Positions 1 through 11,773 of a stretch of DNA of 37,417 nucleotides are shown piece by piece. This stretch comes from Octopus bimaculoides (Eukaryota). The notes beneath the pieces are model-generated. The model was not told the DNA's origin. It did not search any database and saw nothing but the letters and a program-made list of their open reading frames with translations. The position numbers and the translations under genes were made by a program. Every line of letters starts with the position of its first letter. The stretch's first letter is position 1. Where the stretch lies: contig NC_069002.1 in assembly GCF_001194135.2 (NCBI RefSeq), positions 31,849,908 to 31,887,324 on the forward strand, given 5' to 3'.

Positions 1-65
<65 letters not shown>

Positions 66-70
<5 letters not shown>

Positions 71-271
71 TGTGTCAGTGCTTGTCCTGCTAGCATTGCT
101 TGACAACCGATGCTGGTGTGTTTATGTCCCCGTCCATTAGCGGTTCGGCAAAAAGAGACCGATAGAATAAGTACTAGGCTTACAAAGAATAAGTCCCGGG
201 GTCGACTTGCTCGACTAAAGGCGGTGCTCCAGCATGGTCGCAGTCAAATGACTGAAACAAGTAAAAGAGTA
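66..271 (+). mobile_element. SINE type A, 3' half (head lies upstream of the window; 1-65 is its internal TA/TG tract)
   Basis: gcttgacaaccgatgctggtgtg...gatagaataagtactaggcttacaaagaataagtcc...gcggtgctccagcatgg...gactgaaacaagtaaaagagta matches more than 10 other copies in the window. Confidence 0.9.
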
Positions 272-479
272 AATGAGCAATGTATTTGACAGAAGACTGT
301 GAATGCTAAAGAGTTAAATCTCCCAACCACCACCCACTCACTGTATGGAAAAGTGAGGTACTGAACTGAATACCTTGTCTTCTGTATCACTTACATCTAT
401 GATATCTCAAAGCAGTAAGTAACCTTACAATAGGAGGAGCTGAGAACTCTATGACACCAGAACTAGGGTGGCATGTACT

Positions 480-800
480 CCAATACATAGATATAAATCC
501 ATTCAAGCATACTTCCACACAACCACAGCAATAACCCACTTCTACCACCCTTACTACACAACACGAAAGCCACTTCCATCACTTCTGTCACTGACAACAA
601 CTAACATTGTCTCCACTATAACAACAACAACAACCACCATCATCACCACTACTACTACAAACAACACTAAAACCACTTCCACTACCTGTCACCAACAACA
701 ATTAAAGTTGTCCTCACAGTAACTACTACTCCTACTACAACAACTACAGTTACCGCCACCACCACCACCATTACTACAACAACAATAACAAGCCGCACCA
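480..800. repeat. Cryptic trinucleotide low-complexity tract (ACA/ACC/ACT)
   Basis: Runs of acaacaaca, accaccacc and actactact; source of the Thr-rich ORF 468..722. Confidence 0.8.
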
Positions 801-1057
801 ATTCCCAATCTAATTTTCCCTTGCTATTCATCTTCTAAAACAATAAATCAGAATGACATTAACATCGCATGACTAACATATCTATTTTCTAATCGAATCT
901 AATTCAAAATAATTATTCCAAAATAACAAACCTTCGTTTTTTCATACCATTAGTGTTAGTGACATCACAAGAGCAGTGTCATTAGTGGACACACACAACA
1001 GAAACGACATTAGCAAAATCACAGCAGCAGCAGCAATGTTTTAGTGAAATAATATGA

Positions 1058-1403
1058 CGTTGATGTCACAATACTAATGACGTCGGTGACACTAATGATG
1101 TCACAGCTCAATGGCGTTGGCGACATCACAACTCAATGATGCTGGTGAAATGACAACTTAATGACATTGGTGACATCACAACTCAATGACGTTGGTGAAA
1201 TCACAACTCGATGTAGGTGACATCACAACTTAATGACATTGGTGACATCACAACTCAATGATGTTGGTGATATCACAACTCAATGACGTTGGTGACATCA
1301 CAACTCAATGACGCTGGTGAAACAACAACTTAATGACATTGGTGACATCACAACTCAATGACGTTGGTGAAATCACAACTCGATGTAGGTGACATCACAA
1401 CTT
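1058..1403. repeat. 25-bp minisatellite (GACGTTGGTGACATCACAACTCAAT) running into a gap
   Basis: About 11 well-formed units from ~1113 plus degenerate units upstream; array stops at the N-gap 1404-1800. Confidence 0.95.
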
Positions 1404-1854
1404 NNNNNNNNNNNNNNNNNNNNNNNNNNNNNNNNNNNNNNNNNNNNNNNNNNNNNNNNNNNNNNNNNNNNNNNNNNNNNNNNNNNNNNNNNNNNNNNNN
1501 NNNNNNNNNNNNNNNNNNNNNNNNNNNNNNNNNNNNNNNNNNNNNNNNNNNNNNNNNNNNNNNNNNNNNNNNNNNNNNNNNNNNNNNNNNNNNNNNNNNN
1601 NNNNNNNNNNNNNNNNNNNNNNNNNNNNNNNNNNNNNNNNNNNNNNNNNNNNNNNNNNNNNNNNNNNNNNNNNNNNNNNNNNNNNNNNNNNNNNNNNNNN
1701 NNNNNNNNNNNNNNNNNNNNNNNNNNNNNNNNNNNNNNNNNNNNNNNNNNNNNNNNNNNNNNNNNNNNNNNNNNNNNNNNNNNNNNNNNNNNNNNNNNNN
1801 TGTTGTTTACTTTCTGATTGAAGATACATTTATTCATCAACCAATATTGCCATA

Positions 1855-1855
<1 letters not shown>

Positions 1856-1907
<52 letters not shown>
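1856..1907. repeat. (AAT)n microsatellite
   Basis: About 17 perfect units. Confidence 0.95.
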
Positions 1908-1914
<7 letters not shown>

Positions 1915-2140
1915 TAATCAGGGTTTCAAATTTTTGCACAAGGGCAGCAATTTTGGGAGAGGAGATGAGCTGATTACATCGACCCCAGTGTTCAACTGGT
2001 ACTTATTTTACTGATCCAAAAAGGTTGAACAGTAAAGCCGACCTGCGCGGAAATTTGAACCCATAATGTAGCAACAGACGAAATACCGCTAAGCATTTTG
2101 TCCAACATGCTAACAATTCTGCCAGCTCACTGCCTTCTTA
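1908..2140 (-). mobile_element. SINE type D, flanked by (AAT)n on both sides
   Basis: Reverse complement reads ggcagtgagctggcagaattgttagc...atgcttagcggtatttcgtc...gggttcaaatttcc...aaaataagtaccagttgaacactggggtcgatgtaatca, homologous to 16789-17020. Confidence 0.85.
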
Positions 2141-2145
2141 ATAAC

Positions 2146-2637
2146 AATAATAATCCTTTCTACTATAGGCACTAGGCCTGAAATTTTGGGGGAAAGGGCC
2201 AGTTGATTACATAGACTCAGGTACTCAACTGGTGCTTATTTCATCGACTGCCTGACTGGTCTTGTGTCAGTGACACGTAAAAAGCACCATTTGAACATGA
2301 TTGTCACAGTGCCAACAGACTGGTTCCCATGCCAGTGGCATGTAAAAATCACCATTCAAGTGTGGTCATTACCGTGCCACCTGACTGGTTCCTGTGCCGG
2401 TAGCACGTAAAAAGCACCATTCGAATGTGGCTGATGCCAGTACCGGCTGACTGGCCCTCGTGCTGGTGGCATGTAAAAAGCATCTACTACACTCACAGGG
2501 TGGTTGGCATTAGGAAGGGCTTTCAGCTGTAGAAACTCTGCCAGATCAGATTGGAGCATGGTGCAGCCATCTGGCTTGCCAAACCTCAGTCAAACTGTGC
2601 AACCCATGCCAGCATGGAAAGCAGACGTTAAACAACA

Positions 2638-2674
<37 letters not shown>

Positions 2675-2790
2675 GAAAGGATGAAAGGCAACTCCAGGGT
2701 TCAACTGGTACCTATTTTATCAACATCAAAGGGATAAAAGGACTCGACAGAATTTGAACTCAGAACGTAACGATGACGATTATAATAAAG
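2146..2790 (-). mobile_element. SINE type D interrupted by a type B SINE
   Basis: aataataatcctttctactataggcac...ggtgcttatttcatcgac (to ~2250) resumes as gaaaggatgaaaggc...gaatttgaactcagaacgtaa after the (GAT)n tail at ~2672. Confidence 0.75.
2251..2672 (+). mobile_element. SINE type B 3' part with internal ~65-bp tandem repeats and (GAT)n tail
   Basis: gactgg unit starts at 2254, 2318, 2383 and 2449; then gtggttggcattaggaagggc...ccatgccagcatggaaagcagacgttaaac(gat)n. Confidence 0.85.
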
Positions 2791-3269
2791 GTGATAATAT
2801 TAATAATAATACAATAAAATAAAATAGAATTATGATAAACATAAATCACAGAAGAAAAAAATACAATTTCAAAAAAAAAAAAAATGATAAAAAGTGAGAG
2901 AGAAAAAAAAACCCAACAAACATTAAGCAGTTAATGACGCCATTGACTTCTTGCATTCCAAAAGCACTGTACAACATTTGGTAATTTAAAATCGGGACAT
3001 ATGCTTTCTATAAAACCCGGATCAAACTTAGCTGGTGCAGAATAAGTACAAAGTTAATGATATAGGAATGTTAGTTACATTGTCATGCTTGCTTATTATA
3101 AAACAGAAAAGAAAAAAAAAGAAAAAGATAAATCTTTTAAGAAAAATGCAAATTCTATTTCGATTTTGGGTTCTTATAACATAAACATATTCTTGTTTAG
3201 ATGGTGTGTTTCTTTGTGTGTATATGATGAAATGCAGCTAAATAACAGTACGTTTATGCTATATACATA

Positions 3270-3439
3270 TATATAGATATATTATATATACATCCATACA
3301 TACACACACAAAGGATGAAAAGCATCTACACAGGAATATGTATATGCAATATTATATATATGTGTGTATGGATGTATTTGTATATATACACATTATATAT
3401 ATATACATATTACTGTGCGTAAATACATGTGATTATGTG

Positions 3440-3474
<35 letters not shown>

Positions 3475-3625
3475 GTCTATATACATGTCTATATATGCAT
3501 GTATGTGTGTGTGTATATATATATACATATATGTATATAGCATAGCCGAGCATAGCTGATTCAAGAGCCCCATACACACATACGCACGCACATACATGTG
3601 CACGCACGCACACACACACACACAG
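3270..3625. repeat. Compound (TA)/(TG)/(CA) microsatellite region
   Basis: Alternating purine-pyrimidine runs giving Y/I/C/V/H/T junk ORFs. Confidence 0.85.
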
Positions 3626-3851
3626 CAATCTAATCTAGAAAATGCGTTCATGTCAACCTGCACTGCTGACAGGCATAAAGATATTAAACAGATCTAACTA
3701 CAGAATCTAAAGTAGATAGTGTTGGGGGGTGGGGGAGAGGTCTTTCAGTCTGTCCCTACTTCCTATTATTATCTAACACACATACACACAGCTCCTCCTC
3801 ACACAAATGTTTGTGTGTATATGCATGCATGTATATCTACATTTATTTGTG

Positions 3852-3897
<46 letters not shown>

Positions 3898-4214
3898 NNN
3901 NNNNNNNNNNNNNNNNNNNNNNNNNNNNNNNNNNNNNNNNNNNNNNNNNNNNNNNNNNNNNNNNNNNNNNNNNNNNNNNNNNNNNNNNNNNNNNNNNNNN
4001 NNNNNNNNNNNNNNNNNNNNNNNNNNNNNNNNNNNNNNNNNNNNNNNNNNNNNNNNNNNNNNNNNNNNNNNNNNNNNNNNNNNNNNNNNNNNNNNNNNNN
4101 NNNNNNNNNNNNNNNNNNNNNNNNNNNNNNNNNNNNNNNNNNNNNNNNNNNNNNNNNNNNNNNNNNNNNNNNNNNNNNNNNNNNNNNNNNNNNNNNNNNN
4201 NNNNNNNNNNNNNN

Positions 4215-4261
<47 letters not shown>

Positions 4262-4829
4262 TACATATATATACACAAACACACACACACGTACACTCAC
4301 AAATTACACAAACAAATGTATATGGTAATATACATTACAATATTACACAAATATATATGTGTGTGTAATGTTAACGTTGAAAGAATTTATAAACTTTCAT
4401 TAGAACATGAAAAAATTTCTCTCTTGGAATTGGCTCGAGAAGTATAAATAAAGTGATGAATAATAGCATGTAAATATTGGATTGAAAAAAAACCCTTTGG
4501 GATAGAAAAAAAAGTCGGGCAGCCTTCGACCTTTTTTTTTTGCTATATTACATTCTACAAAGGAAACATGTATATAGGACTATACATTCTCAGCTAAAAC
4601 TACCAAATTTCAACAAATCTACCCAGCCTGTTTAATAATGACCTTCTTCTATGGCAGTCACACACATACACACATAATGGTGTCGAAACTAACAACAAAA
4701 ACACAACGATTTCTCTTCTTATTAGGACCCAGAAAATATTTCAAACCTGATCCCTCCTCCCCTGCATCTACAAGACTTGGAGTGTGACCTACATTACAGC
4801 AATGCTCACAAAGTAGTTATGACTGGACA

Positions 4830-4940
4830 CACACACTCATTATGCCTGCTGGCTCAAGAACCAATGAATAAGCAAAGCCTCTCTGCATGGTTTGCCTCAC
4901 CTGCTAGAAATAGCAACAGATTACTCCCTCAAGTTTTGTC
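4830..4940 (+). mobile_element. Old SINE-like type E relic
   Basis: cacctgctagaaatagcaacagattactccctcaag aligns with 8160, 16588, 18373 and the reverse strand near 19240. Confidence 0.55.
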
Positions 4941-5045
4941 CTTCATTGACCGCACTAGCTGCTACTGAAGCAGAATTAATCACAAACGATATAATTTCAA
5001 TTAATTAAATATTGTCTTTTGTCTACATAATGTTAGCCTCAATTA

Positions 5046-5428
5046 ACTCTTTTACTTGTTTCAGTCATTTGACTGCGGCCATGCTGGAGCACCGCCTTTA
5101 GTAGAGTAAATCGACCCCCAGGACTTATTCTNNNNNNNNNNAGAGTAAATCGACCCCCAGGACTTATTCTTTGTAAGCCTAGTACTTATTCTATTGGTCT
5201 CTTTTGCCGAACCGCTAAGTTACGGGGATGTATATATGCACACACACATATGTATATACATATATATACACATACACAGTTTCCATCTACCACATCCATT
5301 CACAAGACAATGGTTGGCCTGGGTCTATAGTAAAAGATCCTTGTGTGAGTTGCCGCACAGTGGGATTGAACTCGAAACAATGTAGTTGCAAGGCAAACTT
5401 CTTAACCACATGGCTATGCCTGTGCCTA
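5046..5428 (-). mobile_element. SINE type A, near full length with an internal deletion
   Basis: Tail actcttttacttgtttcagtc at left, tRNA-like head at right (ccgcacagtgggattgaactcg...cttcttaaccacatggctatgcc); 10-N gap inside. Confidence 0.9.
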
Positions 5429-7121
5429 CATGAAAAAGGAAATATTTAAAGAATATTTGCATGAACTTCAGTTAATAAATGGGGGAAATTGATATAAGAA
5501 ACAAGAAGGGTACAAAATCAATGAAAGGGGAGAAAAGTTAGGAACAGGAAAGGGGGCGGCAGGGTTAGTGAGAAAGACCATGCCAAGCTTCAAGCAAGGC
5601 CAAAGTGAAGGGCAAGTTCAGAAGAGGGGGGGACATGTGGTCTTAGAGCAAGGAAATTTGTAATATAAAAATAAAGGTTAGTATGCCTTAAGGAGTGGGG
5701 AGTTGCAACATTTCGGGTGGCAGAATCCCTTGTGTTGGAATGTTTTATATCGCTTCGCTTCATCCACAGTCTTCCGACACACCATTCTTAAATTTTTCTA
5801 ACAGAGAACTTTACATGCAAACGTCCCTTTTTGTATTCAAACAATTTCTTTAAAAAAATATATATATAATCATCATGATTATTGATTTGATTAATTCAGG
5901 TCATGAGAAGGCAATGAAAACAAAACTGGCATTTAAATTAATTAAAAATAATTTGTAGACCTTAAAAAGAATTTAAATCAATTTAAATAACTGAGTTGTC
6001 TCCCTTGCCTTTTTTGACCAGAATTATTAAAGATGACGGATTCTTTTTCCTCCTCACAACAAATGCAAATTTAAGTAATCAAAAATGTCTTAATTAAAAT
6101 GTCATCACATATATCATGTTAGTACCCCCATTTTTTACTATTTGTTTTTCTTACAGCAGGCGCCCTGGGTATATTATTCCGGTCCTTCTGATAGTTTAAA
6201 TAGTGAACAAACACTAGGATGAAGAATAATAAGTCAACCAGGTGGATAGGAGGAAGACTGACTATATTTTACTTGTCCGGTTTGTTGCTTGAGAAAAACA
6301 CATCCAGCAGTCAGACGTAGGTCGAAAGCAAGAATGTGATAACAAGCATATCTCAACTTATGTTGTTTTGAGTAATGTCTTTTATGATTCTTTGTCGGGT
6401 CTCAGCAGACATTTAAAAGCATAATTTTAAAGAAACTAATACTGAAATGGTAAAAATCAAATAAAATATGTGAAAATATGTGCAGCCCATTTATCAAAAC
6501 AGATATAGGCTAATAAATTTTGAAAAATGGATTTTTCATGTTATATCGTTTACAAGTTGAGTCGTACGTCTTGGAACCGACCTAAATTGAGATATGACTC
6601 TGGATGTGCGTGTATTTACGTGCATGTACATATATATATATATATATATATAAAGGGGATTACCCCAAAATGATTACCAGTTTGCTCTCATGAGAGAGAG
6701 AGAGAGAGAGAGAGGTCCCCCCCCCTCCTGATATCTTTCTTGTAAAAGAGATGAAGTTTCCATATACTAACTCAGTGTAGTGTGGTTGGTTAGTTATTGT
6801 CTAAATAGTGTGTGTGGTATTATCATATGTAAAGATATCGCGACCTAGTTAAAACAGCATGTACTAATTAAGGAGAGAATGAGAGAGAGAGACAGAGATA
6901 GGGAAATATATATGGTGTGTGTGTGTGTGTGTAATGCTCTGTCGATGTGGAGTAGGTAGGTCATGAAGAATGGCGAAAAAAACATGGAGAAAACATAAAA
7001 TAAACGAATATACAACAATAAATAAATAAATTCATCTATTAACAGAGACTACCATATTTGGTCATTATAAATTGAATGTTAGAAAATAAGAGAAAAAGAG
7101 AGGGGGAAAAAAACAAACATT

Positions 7122-7760
7122 GGTGCAAGCGTGGCTGTGTGGTTAAGAAGCATGCTTCTCAATCACATAGTCTAGGGTTCAGTCCCACTGCGCAGCATCT
7201 TGGGTAAGTGTCTCCTGCTGTAGCCCCAGGCCAAACACAGCCAGGGGAGTGAATTTGGTAGATGTAAACTGAAAGAGGAAGGAAGGAAGGAAGGATGGAT
7301 GGNNNNNNNNNNNNNNNNNNNNNNNNNNNNNNNNNNNNNNNNNNNNNNNNNNNNNNNNNNNNNNNNNNNNNNNNNNNNNNNNNNNNNNNNNNNNNNNNNN
7401 NNNNNNNNNNNNNNNNNNNNNNNNNNNNNNNNNNNNNNNNNNNNNNNNNNNNNNNNNNNNNNNNNNNNNNNNNNNNNNNNNNNNNNNNNNNNNNNNNNNN
7501 NNNNNNNNNNNNNNNNNNNNNNNNNNNNNNNNNNTGTGTATGTATGTATGTATGTATGTGGGTATGTGTGTTATTGTCCTCCTACCACCGCTTAACTGGT
7601 GTTGCTTTGTTTATGTCCCAATGAGCTTGCAGTTCAGCAAAAGAGACCGACAGAATAAGTACCAGGCTTTAAAAATAAGTACAGGGGGCAAATTTGCTTG
7701 ACTAAACTTTTAAAGGCAGTGCTCCAGCATGACTGCGGCCTAATGACTGAAACGAATAGG
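7122..7760 (+). mobile_element. SINE type A, full length across a gap
   Basis: Head gtggctgtgtggttaag (A-box-like) and gggttcagtccc (B-box-like), CORE-like cttgggtaagtgtct, gap at the internal microsatellite, A tail 7560-7760. Confidence 0.85.
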
Positions 7761-8139
7761 GAACAGTCAGTTGAAAAAAATGGTAGGGGAAAAAAAAAAG
7801 ATAGCAAAACAGATTGAAAAAAAAATTAGCTTAGGTTTAAAACTGTTACTATCTTAATTGTAGCAGAAATAATTTGTGAAAACAAGAGACATGGAAAATA
7901 TTTGTGTCTCTACAATGGAAGATTCCCAAGGAAGTTCTCTTGCACATTTCCCCTGCCAACTATAGCCAATATTTTCCTTTTCTGTCCCTATTTATGTCTT
8001 ATATCAGTCTTTCTCCCTTGTTCTACTCCTTCTCGCTTTCTTTCCATCTCTCCCAAACACCATTTTGTCTATAGTCTACCTTTTTCAGTCTGTTCGTCTC
8101 TCTCTCTAATAACAAAACTATGACATTTTAACATTAGAT

Positions 8140-8285
8140 TAGGCTCTATGTGGTTGCTCAACTTCTTAGAAACAGCAGTCAAATATTTGGCCAAAGACAC
8201 ACCTAAACATCTTAGAAAGGGAAAGGCGACACAATAATGTGGTTCTGAATACATTACACCTGAAACATAGACAAGATGATCATAC
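8140..8285 (+). mobile_element. Old type E relic
   Basis: ctctatgtggttgctcaacttcttagaaacagcagtcaaat...aataatgtggttc...gacaagatgatcat aligns with 16540-16748 and 27110-27255. Confidence 0.6.
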
Positions 8286-8518
8286 ATATGTGTATACACA
8301 CACACACAGGTGAGCACATAAGGGTAAAACAAGGTGGAAAAATAGTACTCGAATACCAATGGTAGAGTAATATACTTTCTTTTTTATCAAAGTTGAAAAA
8401 TTATCACAGAACTGTTACTCAGAGTTTCATGTTGCCATTCATCTGACAGTATTTATCACAACTACCCGACTAAGAGGAACATGAAACTTTGAGTAACAGT
8501 TCTGTGATAATTTTGCAG

Positions 8519-8558
<40 letters not shown>

Positions 8559-8989
8559 NNNNNNNNNNNNNNNNNNNNNNNNNNNNNNNNNNNNNNNNNN
8601 NNNNNNNNNNNNNNNNNNNNNNNNNNNNNNNNNNNNNNNNNNNNNNNNNNNNNNNNNNNNNNNNNNNNNNNNNNNNNNNNNNNNNNNNNNNNNNNNNNNN
8701 NNNNNNNNNNNNNNNNNNNNNNNNNNNNNNNNNNNNNNNNNNNNNNNNNNNNNNNNNNNNNNNNNNNNNNNNNNNNNNNNNNNNNNNNNNNNNNNNNNNN
8801 NNNNNNNNNNNNNNNNNNNNNNNNNNNNNNNNNNNNNNNNNNNNNNNNNNNNNNNNNNNNNNNNNNNNNNNNNNNNNNNNNNNNNNNNNNNNNNNNNNNN
8901 NNNNNNNNNNNNNNNNNNNNNATAAAAATTTTAATTGGCCAAAACGATATACTTCTAATAATGAGAACAATTATTGAAATGATTAAAAA

Positions 8990-9034
8990 AGCCTTGCGAG
9001 TGGCTTTGGTAGATAGAAACTGAAAGAAGCCCAT

Positions 9035-9072
<38 letters not shown>

Positions 9073-9250
9073 TGTTTGTCCCCCCACCCAACATCGCTCG
9101 ATAACTGATGTTGGTGTGTTTACGTCCCCGTAAGTTAACGGTTCGGCAAAATAGACCTAGAGAATAAGTACTAGGCTTACAAAGACTAAGGGCGGTGCTC
9201 CAGTATGGCCGCAGTCAAATGACTAAAACAAGTAAAAGAGTAAAAGAATA
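8990..9250 (+). mobile_element. SINE type A, 5'-truncated
   Basis: aaagccttgcgagtggctttggtagatagaaactgaaagaagccc-(TG)n-A tail ending gtaaaagagtaaaagaata. Confidence 0.9.
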
Positions 9251-9586
9251 CAAAAAAAAATAAAATAAAAGCCACTAATCTAAAGCGTATTTGTAGAAGA
9301 TTTCGTCAAGAAATATCCATTTTTCAGGAAGTTATGAGCAAACACATACATACTTACGTCCATACACATACATACGGTGTCGTCGGTGTCGTCTGGTCTC
9401 GTAAATGTTAGTCACGTGATTGATGTGTCGTCTGCTCAAACTAACTCCACTCCCTCTCTTTACGTAGGAGTATATTCCGTTTTTCTCTTTCTCCCTCCCC
9501 TTCTCTATCTAGCTACATTTCTCCCTCCTCACTCTCTCTCTCTCTACTCCTCATCTGCTCTACTTTCCTTCTTGTTCTTGTTCTAA

Positions 9587-9619
<33 letters not shown>

Positions 9620-9661
9620 CACACGCGCGCACACGCACACACACACACATACACATATAAT

Positions 9662-9832
9662 GGATTACTCTCATTTTCACTCTTCCAAATTCACTCACTA
9701 GGCTTTGGTCAGCCCAGAGTTGTATAATAAAAGAGTAGAAAACACTAGTTGAAGGTGCTATGCGCTAGGACTGAACACGTAAACACCATAGTAAGGAAGT
9801 AAGCTTCTTAACCAAACAGCCATGTCGATGCC
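9662..9832 (-). mobile_element. Degenerate SINE head (A/F type)
   Basis: aaattcactcactaggctttggtcagccc...ggactgaac...gcttcttaaccaaacagccatg. Confidence 0.7.
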
Positions 9833-9974
9833 TTCTCACAACAATGTACCTTCATCCCCATTGTATATAATAGTGATTATGGATGCTCTAGAGTTTAGAG
9901 ACAAGAGGCTAAATTGTTACAGGCTTGATGGAAGTAATATAAACAAAGAAATATGATAAAGAAAATAAATTTAT

Positions 9975-9994
9975 AAACTGAAAGAAGCCCGTTG

Positions 9995-10025
<31 letters not shown>

Positions 10026-10215
10026 TAGTGTGTCTATTTATCCTCCCACCATCGCTTGACAACCGATGTAGGTATATTTACATCCCTGTAACTTTGCAGT
10101 TCAGCAAAAGAGGACAACAGAATAAGTACTAGGCTTACAAAGAAAAAGTCCTGGGGGTTGATTTGTTCGACTAAAGGCGGTACTCCAGCATGGCTGCAGT
10201 CAAATGATTAAAACA
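9975..10215 (+). mobile_element. SINE type A, 5'-truncated
   Basis: aaactgaaagaagcccgttgta-(TG)n-...ggcggtactccagcatggctgcagtcaaatg. Confidence 0.85.
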
Positions 10216-10612
10216 CTGTGTGGTAAATAGCTTGCTTACCAACCACATGGTTCCGGGTTCATTCCCTCTGTGTGGCACCTTGGGCAAGTGTCTTCTACTA
10301 TAGCCTCGGGCCGACCAAAGCCTTGTGAGTGGATTTGGTAGACGGAAACTGAAAAAAGCCCGTCGTATATATGTATGTGTGTGTGTGGATATGTTTGTGT
10401 GTCTGTGTTTGTCCCCCCAACATCGCTTGACAACCGATGCTGGTGTGTTTGCGTCCCCGTAACTTAGCGGTTCGGCAAAAGAGATCAATAGAATAAGTAC
10501 TAGGCTTCCAAAAAATAAGTCCTTGGGTCGATTTGCTTGACTAAAGGTAGTGCTCCAGCATGGCCGCAGTCAAATGACTGAAACAAGTAAAAGAGTAAAG
10601 AGTAAAAGAGTA
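10216..10612 (+). mobile_element. SINE type A, young and near full length
   Basis: Highly similar to the reverse complement of 30233-30626; CORE-like gcaccttgggcaagtgtcttc; tail (aaaagagt) repeated. Confidence 0.95.
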
Positions 10613-10644
10613 TATATATATACATATATACACACATATATATG

Positions 10645-10955
10645 TAGGTGCAGGCATAGCTGTATATTAAAAAGCTTGCTTTCAAACCAAATGGTTCTGG
10701 ATTCTGTTCCACTGCGTGGCACTTCGGGCAAGTGTCTTCCACTACAACTGAGGGCCTACCAAAGCCTTGTGAACGGTGCTAGTGCCACGAAGAAAGCACT
10801 TGTCGTGGTGCCACATAAAAAGCATCCGTCTCAGAATTACGTGATAGCACCGAGTCATAGAAACCAAGCCAAATCAGACTGGAACCTCGTGCACCTCTGA
10901 TCAAACCAGGCCAGCATGGAAAATGGACATTAAAGGATGATGATGATGATGATGT
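10645..10955 (+). mobile_element. SINE with type A head and type B-like tail ending (GAT)n
   Basis: ggtgcaggcatagctgt...gcacttcgggcaagtgtcttc...ccaaagccttgtga, then gtgccacataaaaagca...ccagcatggaaaatggacattaaaggatgatgat. Confidence 0.8.
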
Positions 10956-10974
10956 ATGTATTTATGTATCTTTA

Positions 10975-11200
10975 TGGCCCTTAGTTGCCCTGCAACCCGC
11001 TTGACAACTGGTGGTGTTTATATATCCCAGTAACTTAGCAATTTGGTAAAAGAGACCAATAAAATAAATACCAGGCTTAAAAAAAACAAAATAATTACTA
11101 GGGAATGGGGCAGGGTCGAATCATTCGACTACACATTCCTTCAAAGCGGTGCCCCAGTATGGCCACAGTCTAATGACTGAAACAAGTAAAAGGAGAAAAA
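10975..11200 (+). mobile_element. SINE type A tail, older variant
   Basis: cgcttgacaactggtgg...gcggtgccccagtatggccacagtctaatgactgaaacaagtaaaag. Confidence 0.8.
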
Positions 11201-11720
11201 GATAAAAGATAACAGATGACATTGGTTGACAGGAAGAATAAATGGTTGAAATAATAAAAGTACATTGAGAAGTAGGAAAATAGGAAAAAATAAATGTCTT
11301 CTAGGCCATGACAATTTCTGAGACATGAATGTAAAAAAAATTAGGTTTTAAATAATAAAATACTTTAAAAACCAAAATCAATAAAAGAGGTAAATATATA
11401 TATATACAAATAACAGCAATCATGCATTGTATACATAAAGAAATGCTTTCAAATCTTACAGTTTGTAAAAAAAAACAAAATACAAAAACAAGGTAATTCT
11501 CAATATGTGGAGTATAGCCTTCATTTAAACTGTGCATATGTACATGTGGGTGGACGAATGAATAGATAGACAGATTGATAATGAGAGCATGTATGAATGT
11601 ATGTAATGTAGGAGAGATACATGAACATCCATATTTATACATAAACATACATGTTTTATTTTAATTTTTGTTTTGCTCATCGGATTGTGGTCATGCTGTG
11701 TCACCACCATGTTTGTACAC

Positions 11721-11773
<53 letters not shown>

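Noticed and set aside
468-722. Thr-rich mucin-like ORF
   Set aside because: Translation of cryptic ACA/ACC/ACT repeats with no splice or domain support
1113-1403. Short regularly repeated units resembling a CRISPR array
   Set aside because: Units are contiguous with no unique spacers, there are no cas genes, and the context is eukaryotic
8079-8262. Minus-strand exon-like ORF (VMYSEPHYCVAFPF...EQTEK) with apparent AG and GT ends
   Set aside because: Most of it overlaps a type E SINE relic on the plus strand that aligns with several other copies in the window
10171-10488. Recurrent similar peptides (SFRLPNPLTRLWS..GYSRRHLPKVPH) at several loci, suggesting a small gene family
   Set aside because: They are translations of type A SINE copies; frames break differently in each copy
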